Shown here: positions 1 through 11,313 of the stretch, piece by piece
How positions within the stretch are numbered: the first letter of the stretch is position 1
How the letters are laid out: each line of letters begins with the position of its first letter
DNA from: Mobula hypostoma
Lineage: Eukaryota
Reading direction: 5' to 3'
Length of the DNA stretch: 64,000 bases
Assembly: GCF_963921235.1 (NCBI RefSeq)
Contig: NC_086108.1
Span: 46,130,001-46,194,000 of the forward strand
Program-made: the position numbers and the translations under genes
Notes under the pieces: generated by a model
The model's database searches: none
What the model saw: the letters and a program-made list of their open reading frames with translations, nothing else
What the model was told of the DNA's origin: nothing

Positions 1-150
1 AGCCGAGGTTGGTAGGTTTGTCGGGGCATCAAAGGTTGTGGGGAGGAGGCAGAAGAATGGGGTTGAAGGGAATAATAGATCAGCCATGATGGAATAGCAA
101 AGTAGATTTGATGGGCCCAGTGGCCTAATTCTGCTCCTATGTCTTATGGT
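1..150 (+). mobile_element. CR1 LINE 3' end (3' UTR and tail)
   Basis: Ends in gggcccagtggcctaattctgctcctatgtcttatggtc, the same CR1 terminal hairpin/tail seen at 48250-48293 and, reversed, at 28059-28130. Confidence 0.8.
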
Positions 151-529
151 CCTGGCCCATCTCCGTTATGTACCCAATAGCTGAACACACCAATTCCCTT
201 CCTGACCCCCACATTAGCTGACGTTGCTGCTGTTTCACTCATCTCAGGTGCTTCTGATTTCCTTCAGATTTGCCACCATCTCCCTCTTTTTCAAAAAAAC
301 CAACACCCTTGACCATGCTTGATTGGTCATCTGCCCTAATACTGCATGATGTGGACAATGTCAGTAAACAAAAATATCCTAAGGAAAGTTAAAGTATAAG
401 TTGCATTCCTTCCACCTGATCCACAGATGTAAACGGGGACTCATTGAACAACGGTGATTTTTTTGTACTGCAGATGGAAACAAACAGCTGCCTTGCAAAG
501 TGACAGATGATTAAACAAAGAACAGTATG

Positions 530-810
530 AACTACTTAACCTACTCTACAATCAATCTAACCTTTCCCTCCTACATAACCCAAAACACTCCTCTCTTTCG
601 TCCATGGGTCTATCCAAGAATCTCTTAAATATCAGGCGCTACGACAACACAGGCAGTGCACCCCAGGCATCCACCACTCTGAGTAAAAGAAGAGCCTCAC
701 CAATATCTCCCCTAACTTTTGGCCACTCAGCTGAGATGACCTCTGGTATCAGCCACTACCACCCTGGGAAAATGGGACTGGCTGTATCTGTCTGTGCCTC
801 TTATAAATAC
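530..810 (-). mobile_element. Degraded CR1 3' fragment
   Basis: Motifs (caccactctgagtaaaa, ccctgggaaaa, tccatgggtctatccaag) align by eye with the younger minus-strand CR1s at 51903-52250 and 59124-59450. Confidence 0.65.
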
Positions 811-1264
811 TGGCCATGTAATGGAAGGAGAAAGATGGAGTGCAAGGTGATTGTCAGTCACCACTTCATGCGATGACTGATGGGGTATTCTGTCACGAAG
901 AACGTGCGGTTACCACTTTGGTTGCAAAACCAGCGTATGACTTAAACTGTGTGAGATGACTAACTCTGCAAAATCTGAGTGAACTTAACTAAGCAGAGAA
1001 AGATAGCTGGAGTAGTGAGCAATTAGGAAGGCAAATAAATTGTCATAAAGGGAATGGAGCCTGTAGCTTTGTTACCACTGAACACAAGTCTTGAGAAAGC
1101 ATTGATAGCATTTAGTGTACAGTTTTGATTTTCTGATTTTGCAAGCAGCCACCACTTGCCTTGGAAGGTGTTTCTGCAAAAGTTCGTTAAATAGATTCTT
1201 GGGAAAAGATTCTTGGATATCCTTTTGAAGAACTAGAGTAGAATGAATAATTTCAGTGGTTTAA

Positions 1265-1600
1265 AAGAATGAGAGGTGATCACACTAAATCATGAGAAAC
1301 CAAAAGGATGTGACAGAGTGGATGGCATACCCCCTGGTGGCAGATGTCTAGAAGAAATGGAGGATCATGAATCTTTGGAATTCTTCACTTCCATGGAAGA
1401 TTATGATTTAACTATAAAATTATATTACAACTATAGCTATATATGAACTAATATATTATATTCTAACTATAAAAGGACCTGCAGTGCTATGACGCAAGTG
1501 CTGGAAGGTGAGATTAGATTAAGTGGCTGCTGTTTTGACCAGGATGAATGTGATAGATGAAGTAATCCTTTCAGCGTTGTACCTTTCCATTAGATTCCAC
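1265..1600 (+). mobile_element. Highly degraded CR1 3' fragment
   Basis: gaatgagaggtgatc...gacagagtggatg...gaatctttggaattc resembles the RMRGDLIE..DRVD..NLWNS part of the CR1 ORF2 C-terminus. Confidence 0.5.
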
Positions 1601-2589
1601 AACGTTTAATTCAGTTCTGTTATAACCTTATTGAATGGTGGAGTAAAATCTCAATTTTTATGTCTGTTTGATATTAATTCTGCATTTAAATTGTGTGTCA
1701 AATGGTTGCTTTGATGCATCTAGTGTGGTTGTAGAAGAATTGAGTACTGGATTCAGTTCGCCATTGGTAACATCAAATAGTGGGAAAGGTTTCAGAGATC
1801 AGATGGTCAACCCTGCTCTATTTTATTGTGTTTTATTGTCTCACCATCACTGGTGAAGAGCAGGTCCACCTTCATGTTGAGGTCAGAAAGTAGGCACTTG
1901 TAGCCAAATTCGCAATCAGATTGTTGCATGTAAATGAAAAATCATCCAAATTTCTACCACATCCCTGAATTAAATATGTAATCAAAGCAAGTGCGTGCCA
2001 AGTTAAATACAAGGGCATCCTGCAGATACCAGGCCACTCTCTGAGGGCAGATAACACTAATTTGCAGTGGGGAAGAGATATTGTTTTTCAGCTCTGGTAT
2101 AACCCATTGAAAAGTTTGCCTTCTCTTCATAAACTGTTTTAAATGTAGCCCAGGTTTATAAGATAAAAGTTGACTTTGGAACAAATTTGAATGGACTAAA
2201 TGCAGTTACTAGTTGGAGTGGACCTAATGCACAAAACTCCACCTAATTCGGTAAACTTACTAAGACCACAGGAATGCTATGTGGGAAATTAAACCTTGTT
2301 CCAGAAGGGTGTTTCTCTAAAAATACTTTTAAAATACTGTTAAGGCATGAAGAATCCACAATTCAATCTGAGTGAGATGATTTTATTTTTAACACATGAC
2401 AAAAAAAATCTTGTAGCCATGCTTACAAACAACAAATTATTATTTGTAAGATTTAGCAAATTAGTAATAGCTGAAACTTTGCCCCTAACTGAAGGGCTCA
2501 TTAACCAGGAGTGGATTACACAGTTTTCCAATAATTGGTTTAATATGTTACTGCAACATATTCCTAAGCTTTAAATGTGCAGTTCTGGT

Positions 2590-3415
2590 AATCAGAATCA
2601 GATCTTTCTTGGAATTAAATTACATGGAATTTGTTGTCTTGCAGCTGCAATTCAGTGAAAAGACAAGAATTACACTGAATTGCAAGATGAATAGTGAAAA
2701 GGAAAAGAAATAGTGAGGTAGTGTTCATGGACCATTCAGAAATCTAATGACAGAGGGCAAGAAACTGTTTCTAAGTCGTTGAATGTGGGCCTTCAGGCAT
2801 ATGTACCTCCTTCACAATGAGAAGAGGGAAGGACCCAGAAAGCCAGCACCCTTAATGATGGATACCAACTTCCTGAGGCACTGCCTTGTGAAATGTTCTT
2901 GAAGGCAAGGACGGTTGTGCCCATGATGGAGTTGCAAGAGCTTAAAACACTCTGGAGCTTCTTGCGATCCTGGGCATTGGTGCCTCCATATCAGGCTTTG
3001 AGATTGTCACTGTTACACCACGCAACCAGCCAAAATACCTCATTCTCATAAGCCTCCCTGTCACTTTCTGAGATTTCACCAATAACCGTGGTGAACTTAT
3101 AGATAGTGTTTGAGCTGTGCTGACTAACATAGTCATGAGAAAAGAAGATTGAGCCATGGGCTAAGCACACATTCTTGAGCTGTGTCACGATGTTATTATT
3201 GAATCTCACTAACAATGGTCTCCCAATAAGGAGTTGAACATCCAGTTCAGAGAGACGTACAGAGGCCCAGGTTTTGAAGCTTGCTGATTAATACTGAGGG
3301 GGATGATAGTGTTGAATGCTGACTGTAATTGATAAATAGCAGCCTTACATATGTTTTACTATTGTCTAGATGCTCCAAAGCAGCCTGGAGAGCCAGTAAG
3401 ATTTCATGTGAAACT
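2590..3415 (-). mobile_element. Degraded Rex1/Babar-type LINE (RT to 3' tail)
   Basis: Minus ORF 3247-3468 contains ALEHLDNSKTYVRLLFINYS...LISKLQNLGLCTSL (Rex1 RT). The tail aatcagaatcag is at 2590. Confidence 0.75.
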
Positions 3416-4430
3416 GCATCAATAATAACAGTGCCCGAGAAGAGATGGATGAGTTTCCTCAACGACATTGCAAGGTAGCACTCACATCAACTGTGATGAA
3501 CAGCTTTGACAGGTTGTTCATGACTATAATTAACTGCTGTCTGAGCAAGGCCTAGGACCCGTTGCAATTTGCCTACTGTCACAATAGTCTACAGCCGACA
3601 CAATCTCACTAGCTCTCTACACCGCTCTGGAGAACCTAGAACACAGATATACATGTCAGGCTGCTGTTTATTGATTACTGCATGGCATTCAACAATATCA
3701 TCCCCTCAGAACTAATCAACAAGCTTCAAAACCTGAGCCTCTCTACCTCCCTCTGCAACTTGATCCTTTAACTGGAAGAGCACAGTCAGCACAGATCAAT
3801 AATAGCGTCTCCTCCTCACTGACAATCAACACAGGCATGCCTCCAGGATGCATAATTAGCCCACTGCTCTACTCTCTTTATACTCTTGACTGCATGGCTT
3901 AGATACAACTCAAATACCATCCATCAATTTGCTGATGACCCCACTGCAACTGGTAGAATCCCAGATGGTGACGAGGAGGCTTAAGGAAGGTGAGATAGAT
4001 CAACTGGTTGAGAGGTGTTGCAACAACAACCGTGCACGTTAGCAAGACCAATGAACTGGTTCAGACTTCAAGAAGGGGAATTCAAGAAGACACCCTCCAG
4101 TCCCCATTGAGAGAGTCAGTGGCAGAAAGAGGGAGTGGCTTCAAGCTCCTGGGCATCGACATCTCAGAGGATCTATTCTATTGATGCAATCATGAAGGAG
4201 TCAGACCAGCATCTCTACTTCAGGTCTCTTGCAAATTTCTACCGATGAACAGTGGAAAGCATTCTGACTGATTGCTTCACAGCCTGGCATGGAGGCTTCT
4301 TTGTGCAGGATCACAAGAAGCTGCAGAGGCTGCCAGATCCACCCCAGGCACAATCCTTCTCACGACTGAGAACATCTTCAGGAGGTAGTGTCTCATAAAA
4401 GCCGCATCCATCATTAAGGATTCCCACCAT

Positions 4431-5163
4431 CTGGGACACGCCCCCTTCTCATTACAACCATCCGGGAGACTGGGACACACCCCCTTCTCATTACAACCAT
4501 CAGGGAGACTGGGACACACCCCCTTCTCATTACAACCATCAGGGAGACTGGGACACACCCCCTTCTCATTACAACCATCAGGGAGACTGGGACACACCCC
4601 CTTCTCATTACAACCATCGGGGACACTGGCATACGCCCCCTTCTCATTACAACCATCAGGGAGACAGACACACCCACTTCTCATTGCAACCATCTGGTAG
4701 ACTGGGACATGCCCCCTTCTCATTACAACCATCAGGGAGACTGGGACACACCCCCTTCTCATTACAACCATCAGGGAGACTGGGACACACCCCCTTCTCA
4801 TTACAACCATCGGGGAGACTGGGACACACCCCCTTCTCATTACAACCATCAGGGAGACAGACACACCCACTTCTCATTGCAACCATCTGGTAGACTGGGA
4901 CATGCCCCCTTCTCATTACAACCATCAGGGAGACAGGCACACCCTCTTCTCATTATTACCGCCAGGGAGACTGGGACACACCCCCTTCTCATTACAACCA
5001 TCGGGGACACTGGCATACGCCCCCTTCTCATTACAACCATCAGGGAGACAGGCACACCCTCTTCTCATTACAACCATCAGGGAGACTGGGACACACCCCC
5101 TTCTCATTACAACCATCGGGGACACTGGCATACGCCCCCTTCTCATTACAACCATCAGGGAGA
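4431..5163 (+). repeat. Minisatellite, 19 units (15 x 39 bp + 4 x 37 bp), consensus ctgggacacacccccttctcattacaaccatcagggaga
   Basis: Units parsed directly from the sequence. The array explains the repetitive ORFs at 4277-5188. Confidence 0.97.
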
Positions 5164-5271
5164 AGGTATAGATGCCTGAAAACTCCACTCAAAGACTTAG
5201 GAACAGCTTGTTCCGCTCTGCTATCAAAATTCTGAACAGTCCACGAAAACTACCTCTTAATCCTCTTTTGC

Positions 5272-5340
5272 TTTATTTATTTATCTATTTATTTATTCAT
5301 CTATCTATCTATTTATTTATCTATTTATTTATTTATTCAT
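5272..5340 (+). repeat. (TTTA/TCTA)n microsatellite in the Rex1 3' UTR
   Basis: Directly visible. Confidence 0.9.
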
Positions 5341-5829
5341 TTTTGCAAATTTTAATTTTCCTGCACACTACTGCCAATGCACAACAACAAATTTCACAAC
5401 ATGTCAGTGACGATAAACCTGATACTGATTTATTTTTGGTAATTAACTGCATATCTAACCAATACTTAAGTTCTAGTTTCTTTTTACCTACATTTTTCAC
5501 TTTATGTCGTGGCTTCACTAATTAGATATCAGCCTAAACTGGCTCATTTAAAAGTTTGAATCTACAGATGCACACAAGAGAACATTTCACAGCCATTAAT
5601 GGCTTTCTAACTAACTACTACAAACGGAAAGGGAAATTCTGCCAGTAGTACAAAAAGTTAAGCTCACTCATTTGAGTTTAAAACCCAGTCAGGGAAAGCC
5701 ACTTGCAGTGTCAGATGGAAAATCCACATCACAATTCATTGGGCACTGGGTTTTCTTGGACTCCCCGCAAACCATGCCTGTGGCACAACACATAATACTC
5801 TGAGCTCTCCTCCCATCTTCCACTCTATG

Positions 5830-6100
5830 TGCTAGCCCAGCTACCTGCTGACTATACCTTTACTCACACCATGTTCTGCTCACACCTGAGCCTAAGCCTA
5901 CTGGCCTACACAGACTCCGAGTTTAACAATACTCGGTTTAAAAGTACTGTTCTTGTATTTCAATCCTTCCATGACCTCTGCACTCATTTCCCTCCGTCTC
6001 AACCCTACAAGTCTTCAGTTCTCCTTTTCTGACACTAAATACACCCTGAATTTGAATCATTCTACCACTTTGTGCTGCTTTGATCCTATGCTCTGGTATC
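5830..6100 (+). mobile_element. Ancient L2-like LINE 3' fragment
   Basis: ctactggcct...tttaaaagtactgttcttgtatttcaatccttccatgacctctg...caaccctac resembles the L2 ORF2 end (LHWLP..FKILILVFKSLHGLAP..LQPY). Confidence 0.45.
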
Positions 6101-8104
6101 AGGGCCAAGACTCTGATGCCATCAAACAGCTTACTCACCACAGAGTAAGAATCACCACTTGTCTAAAGTGTAGAGGGCTCCAGATGACATAGATTTAATT
6201 CCAGAATAGTCCTTTTTGCTAAAGAGATTAAACAAAAAGGGAGAGACTGAAAACTTTATATTTAATCAAGATAATTTCGACTGTCGCACTTCATACACTG
6301 AAAGAAAACATGCTTTACCTACGACCCAGATTAATATTTTAAAAAATGCTGTGAAAATTCCTTCTTATTATTGACAGTTGGGTAACTAAGATCGAGTTAA
6401 AATTATGACTTCATACTCATGAACTGATCAATGTTTTGTTTTTTTTGTCATAAACAATCCAACAGATGAAATGGATAAGTGAAAAGTAACACAACAGTTT
6501 GAAAATGACTTTCAGCCTCCCGTCTGTGACTTACAAATGCATTGACATGTCCCACGCATGAGGAGATTTATTTTTACCACTAATTTACATCCAGTATATC
6601 ATTCTGTGAGCTACTTCCATAACAATGTCTCCCTCAATGCAGACATATCATTCCAGTATCTCTGGCAGGGGAATGCACCAAAGAAGATATGGGTGGGGCT
6701 GGGCCTTCCTCCATTCCCAGCTAAATGTTTCCCCAGAGGCCTAATTGTAGGGGTTACATTGGGTGAAAATGCAGGAAGCCATTCTACTTCCATTATAAAT
6801 TAATGCAGTTCCACACTTCGGGACACAGAATGGAGGACATAATCTCCAGAGAAACAAAAATATTTCAACTCACTGCCTTCATAGCCTGAGGGAGGCTGAG
6901 AAATATCCTCTGTAACATTATGATTTAAGCATCTTTTGTTATGAAAATGTTCAAAACAATTTCAATTCTCATTTACTTTAGGAAAGGAATTCATTATACA
7001 AGTGCAGCTGAGCATACATATCTCCCACATAGGCATATGAACTCGCATTTATTTTTTCCTGTGCCAGTCATCAAAACTAAACAGATTTGAATTTTTCATA
7101 TTACATCAAAATCAAGTATCCACAAGTATTTAATCACCACCAGTCTTTGGTTTGCAACAGCCATCCAAAACAACTTAATATTCCTCAGGAAGATATATCC
7201 CACCCATCTGCACATTTCGTACACGACCAAGTGACAAGAGTCACATTCAATAAAATGCCTGCAGCAAGGACTCCACCTCTGATGAAAGACAATGTCATGT
7301 CACAAGCAGGGGAAGTAATGATTTCTTAAATGTTTCAGCTGGAAGCAATTCTTTAAAAATATGGTGTGTTTCCTTCTCTTCTGGCCCCTGTGTATCATTA
7401 TCAACTGATCATATCTTCTGAAAGCCTCTGCAAAATTTCCATTATTATTAACCTCTAAACAAAAATTACAATTTGCACTGAAAAGTATGTGACCAGAGAG
7501 TCAGGTTTGCAATGGCAGTTACAGATGACCTGCAGCCTTCGACAGGTTGGGGAGGCATCTGTTGCAGACTGAAAACAGCAACGGGGATCAAATTGTGTGG
7601 ATGAAGGCCATGGAGTAGCCTTAAGTTTGGGTGTGGCTGGAAGGATCATTGGAGTTGTGGTGAGATGAGTTAGAGAAAAGTGTGGAGAAGGGTGAAAGAC
7701 AAGTAAAGACCAATGTTATAGGGGTCCCTATGTAACACTGCAGCACAAAATCCTCATTGTATCGGGAATGCCCAAAGAGGATTTCATCCAGAATAATGTG
7801 ATCATTGCTCCAAAAACAGGACTGCATTGGGACTAACATCAGCCTGTACATCAGGAACCCCAGCAGGGTTGCAAGAGTGATTAATGCTTCCCGGAAATGT
7901 TTATTCACTTTATGGGATAATGCAAACCACCCCTTCATTATCAGGTTTCATTGTGGGGTGGGAACATCGGTATTTGATAGAAATGCTGAATATAAGTAGC
8001 AATACCAAACCTCGATTCATGCTTTAGCTTGACTAGTTATTGGTAGGAAAAGTAACATCCTGATCATTAAGAAGCTCCACAGTTTTTGTGTACAAGAATC
8101 TAGA

Positions 8105-8330
8105 GGCTTAGAGGAGATCTGAGGAAGATTTTTTTCCCACCCAGAGGATGGCTGGAAACTGGAACACACTGCCTGAAAGGATAGTGGAGCCAGAGACTCT
8201 CAGAACATACAAGTACTTAGGCACAAGACTTGAAATACGAAGGCATGGAAGGCCATAGGTGTGATTGCACATACGATGGCTGGCATTGTCATGATGGATT
8301 GCAAGACCTAGCTCTGTGCTCTATGATACT
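8105..8330 (+). mobile_element. Degraded CR1 3' fragment
   Basis: ggagatctgaggaagatttttt...ggaacacactgcctgaaagg...ctctgtgctctatgatact. Confidence 0.55.
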
Positions 8331-8372
8331 AATCAGTTCTGGAAGCAGCATGAGGCTGTGCTTGACCCCATA

Positions 8373-9515
8373 TGTTGTGTATTTAATATTTCAGTAATAT
8401 TTGAGGAATATTGTAAATATATTGTTTGATTAAGCATTCTCTGTTTAAATAATTCATTATGGTTTATGTGTATGTGAATGGTATATGTCATTATGCCCCC
8501 ATGACACAAGTGTATCTCACTAAAAATAATGAAGCTTACATGTTCTCCTGATCTCCCCAAGCTTTTCATTCAGCAAGTTTAGTGTTTTGGAGATACAAAA
8601 CACAACAGTGCCAATGAGAACGTTTTAAATCAACCCCAGATGACTACCTACCTGTTGAAGCTCAGCAAGAAGTTAGAGCTTTTAGAAAATGCAGGAAGAC
8701 ATTTGAACTTCCCCCCAAAGAAGCTCAGCATGCTTTCTTCACAAGAGAAAATGGTTGAGTTTAAAAAAGGCATAAATGAACAAATTCACAGGTTCATAAA
8801 TGGTGAGTATCAAGTGATAGTAATCATAAATTCAAAAAAGGCAGGAATGGCTGGCGACATCGGAAAGACAGATGTGTTTGACTGCACAATGGATACAGAG
8901 CAAATTGAACAGTATTTTAAAGCAAACGGAATAGCCAATGAGAAGCGAATACCAGTTCTGCTGTGTGCAATAGTTGCAAAAGTTTACAGGAAGTTTGACT
9001 GTTCCCACCAAGCCAGCCAAAACAAGCTTTGCTGAAATCATGAAAGTAATGCAGGAATATTTAGAACCTAAGCCATTGTTGATTGCAGAATTTGGCAGGT
9101 TTCATAAGTGGAACCACAAGGGAGGGGAATTGATTTCAGCTTACATTGCTGGATTGAAGAAGATACTTGGGCATTGTCAGTTCAGCGATGGGCTTAATGA
9201 TACACAGAGAGATCATTTAGTGTGTGGAATCTTTCAAGAAAGCATACAAAAAATGGCTCCTAACCGAAGCAAAACTGCTAGCTAAGAGCTGTTCAAATGG
9301 CTGTATCAATGGAAACAGCACCCAGAGACACAAATGAGTTGCAGTCAGGAATGAAAGTGAGCACGAACAAAACTGCAATGTCTAGACAGAAAGCAGCCTG
9401 ACCAAGCAAATAGTGTTATCGTTGTGCAGGGGCTGACATACATCACAGCAATGCAGGTTTAAAAGCAAAACTTGTAGAAAATGCAATAAAGTAGGACACA
9501 TACAAAGACAAAAAA
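8373..9515 (+). mobile_element. Truncated Gypsy (Mag/K02A2.6-like) LTR retrotransposon: 5' LTR plus frameshifted gag
   Basis: LTR 8373-8607 has terminal inverted repeats TGTTGTGT...ACACAACA and is followed by a decayed PBS-like gtgccaatgag. gag from ATG 8847 reads MAGDIGKTDVFD...EQYFKANGIANEKRIPVLL...EPKPLLIAE...RDHLVCGI, with zinc knuckles CYRC..H..QC and CRKCNKVGH near 9415-9505. No pol or 3' LTR seen. Confidence 0.85.
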
Positions 9516-9879
9516 TAAATGGGCTGTGGGGTGGGGTGGGGGGGGAGGGAGAGGGAGTTTGCAATACCTTTTTGCTATTTTCTGTCAGTTTGACTTTTTA
9601 AATAGATTGAGTAAACACCCTTGCACAAAAGTGCCTAGCTTCTCAAAGTCCAACTTTATGTCCCCATCGTGAGAGGTAGAAATGGGCAAGGCCAGCCGAC
9701 ATGGCTCTGGTGAAGCTGTATAGACCAATCCTCTGTACAGTGGATGCAATGGATTGCAGAAGTGTGGATGAACTCCAACTGTACCATTGACTTCAGAGGA
9801 TGATAGAGACTGGAGGTAATTGGTTGCCTATGCTCTAAGAGCCCAAGTAAGTAAGTTGACTCCAGCCGTCATTTCTTTG

Positions 9880-10330
9880 GTTGTAACCCACCTAATGTAA
9901 TGCATGGTCGCCTCTTGTGTGCTATCAGGCTACCCTCACGGTGAAGGAGCAACGCCTTATATTCTGTATGGGTAGCCTCCATCCTGATGACATGAATATC
10001 CATTTCTCCTTCCGGTAAATAAAAACTTTCCCTTCTCCCCTCCTCTCATCTCCCCATCACCTCCCCTGATGCCTCTCCTCTTTCCCTTTCTTCTCTGGTC
10101 CTCTCTTTTCTCCAGTCAGATTCCTTCTTACCCAGCCCTTTACCTTTCCCACCCACGTGGCTTCACCTAGCACCTTCTAGCTCTTTTCTTTCCTCTCCCT
10201 CCATCTTTTTGTTCTGGAGTCTTTCCCCTTCCTTTCCAGTCCTGAAGAAGGGTCTCAGCCCGAAATTGATGCTCCTGACCTGCTGAATTCCTCCAGCATT
10301 TTGTGTTTGTTGCTCTGAATTTCCAGTGTC
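9880..10330 (+). mobile_element. Penelope-like element (PLE) 3' end: GIY-YIG C-terminus, pyrimidine-rich UTR, pseudo-LTR with damaged hammerhead
   Basis: ATLTVKEQRLIFCMGSLHPDDMNIHFSFR* at ~9929-10018 resembles the PLE endonuclease C-terminus. AGTC-CTGAAGA-AGGGTCTCAGCCC-GAAA at 10238-10265. Confidence 0.8.
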
Positions 10331-10597
10331 TGAATAATTTCTCGAGTTTATGATTTTTGTCACTGAGAGTTGGCAAGAAATAAGCAGTAAGACAATTCAG
10401 AACTATTTTGCTCACCAGGATTTCAAGCATTCAGGCTTGGAGATGCAAGAAATGGCCATGAGTGAAAATGAAACAATTTTACTACTTCAACAAGTTATGA
10501 AGGTATTGACAATCATCTTGAATGTAACGATGAAAGTGAAGATTTGGAGGATGCAATCATCTAAAGTATTGTATGAAGACAGCCCATTAGCTGCACT
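10331..10597 (+). mobile_element. Tigger/pogo-like DNA transposon fragment (probably continues at ~11314-11400)
   Basis: FVTESWQEISSKTIQNYFAHQDF matches the pogo/Tigger DDE C-terminal motif W..VS..TI.NCF..AGF, followed by an acidic tail. Confidence 0.65.
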
Positions 10598-10775
10598 ATA
10601 TCCATTTCTCCTTCCGGTAAATAAAAACTTTCCCTTCTCCTCCCCTCCTCGCATCTGCCCATCACCTCCCCTGATGCCTCTCCTCCTTCCCTTTCTTCTC
10701 TGGTCCTCTCTCTTCTCCAGTCAGATTCCTTCTTCTCCAGCCCTTTACCTTTCCCACCCACGTGGCTTCACCTAG

Positions 10776-11313
10776 CATCTGCCGGACAATGCTGAGGATG
10801 TTCTACGAGTCTGTGGTGGCCAGTGCTATCATGTTTGCTGTTGTGTGCTGGGGCAGCAGGCTGAGGGTAGCAGACACCAACAGAATCAACAAACTCATTC
10901 GTAAGGCCAGTGATGTCATGGGGATGGAACCGGACTCTCACGGTGGTGTCTGAAAAGAGGATGCTGTCTAAGTTGCATGTCATCTTTGTCAATGTCTCCC
11001 ATCCACTACATAATGTACTGGGTGGACACAGGAATACATTCAGCCAGAGACTCATTCCACCGAGATGCAGCACAGAGCATCATAGGAAGTCATTCCTGCC
11101 TGTGGCCATCAAACTTTACAACTCCTCCCTTGGAGGGTCAGACACCCTGAGCCAATAGGCTGGTCCTGGACTTATTTCATAATTTACTGGCATAATTTAC
11201 ATATTACTATTTAACTATTTATGGTTCTATTACTATTTAATATTTATGGTGCAACTGTAATGAAAACCAATTTCCCCCGGGATCAATAAAGTATGACTAT
11301 GACTATGACTATG
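10776..11313 (+). mobile_element. 5'-truncated, fairly young Rex1/Babar LINE with (ACTATG)n tail
   Basis: ICRTMLRMFYESVVASAIMFAVVCWGS...SHPLH...RKSFLPVAIKLYNSS, then aataaa and gtatgactatgactatgactatg. Confidence 0.88.

Larger units (their letters stand above)
3420..5430 (+). mobile_element. Degraded Rex1/Babar-type LINE containing a minisatellite expansion
   Basis: Decayed RT motifs: VALTSTVM, DPLQFAY, RLLFIDY, PPGCIISPLLYSLYT, FADD, and C-terminal NFYR..VESILT...HLGHAPFSLQPSGRRYR. 3' tail gataaacctgatactgatt at ~5411-5430. Confidence 0.8.

Noticed and set aside
4431..5163. CRISPR-like array or repetitive protein gene
   Set aside because: The units are contiguous with no unique spacers, there are no cas genes, and the context is eukaryotic. 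The ORFs arise because 39 bp is a multiple of three.
8847..9515. Domesticated gag gene
   Set aside because: It has frameshifts and stops and still sits next to its LTR, so it is an ordinary decayed element.
9520..9558. G-rich run with quadruplex potential
   Set aside because: It is low-complexity sequence at a TE breakpoint with no other sign of function.
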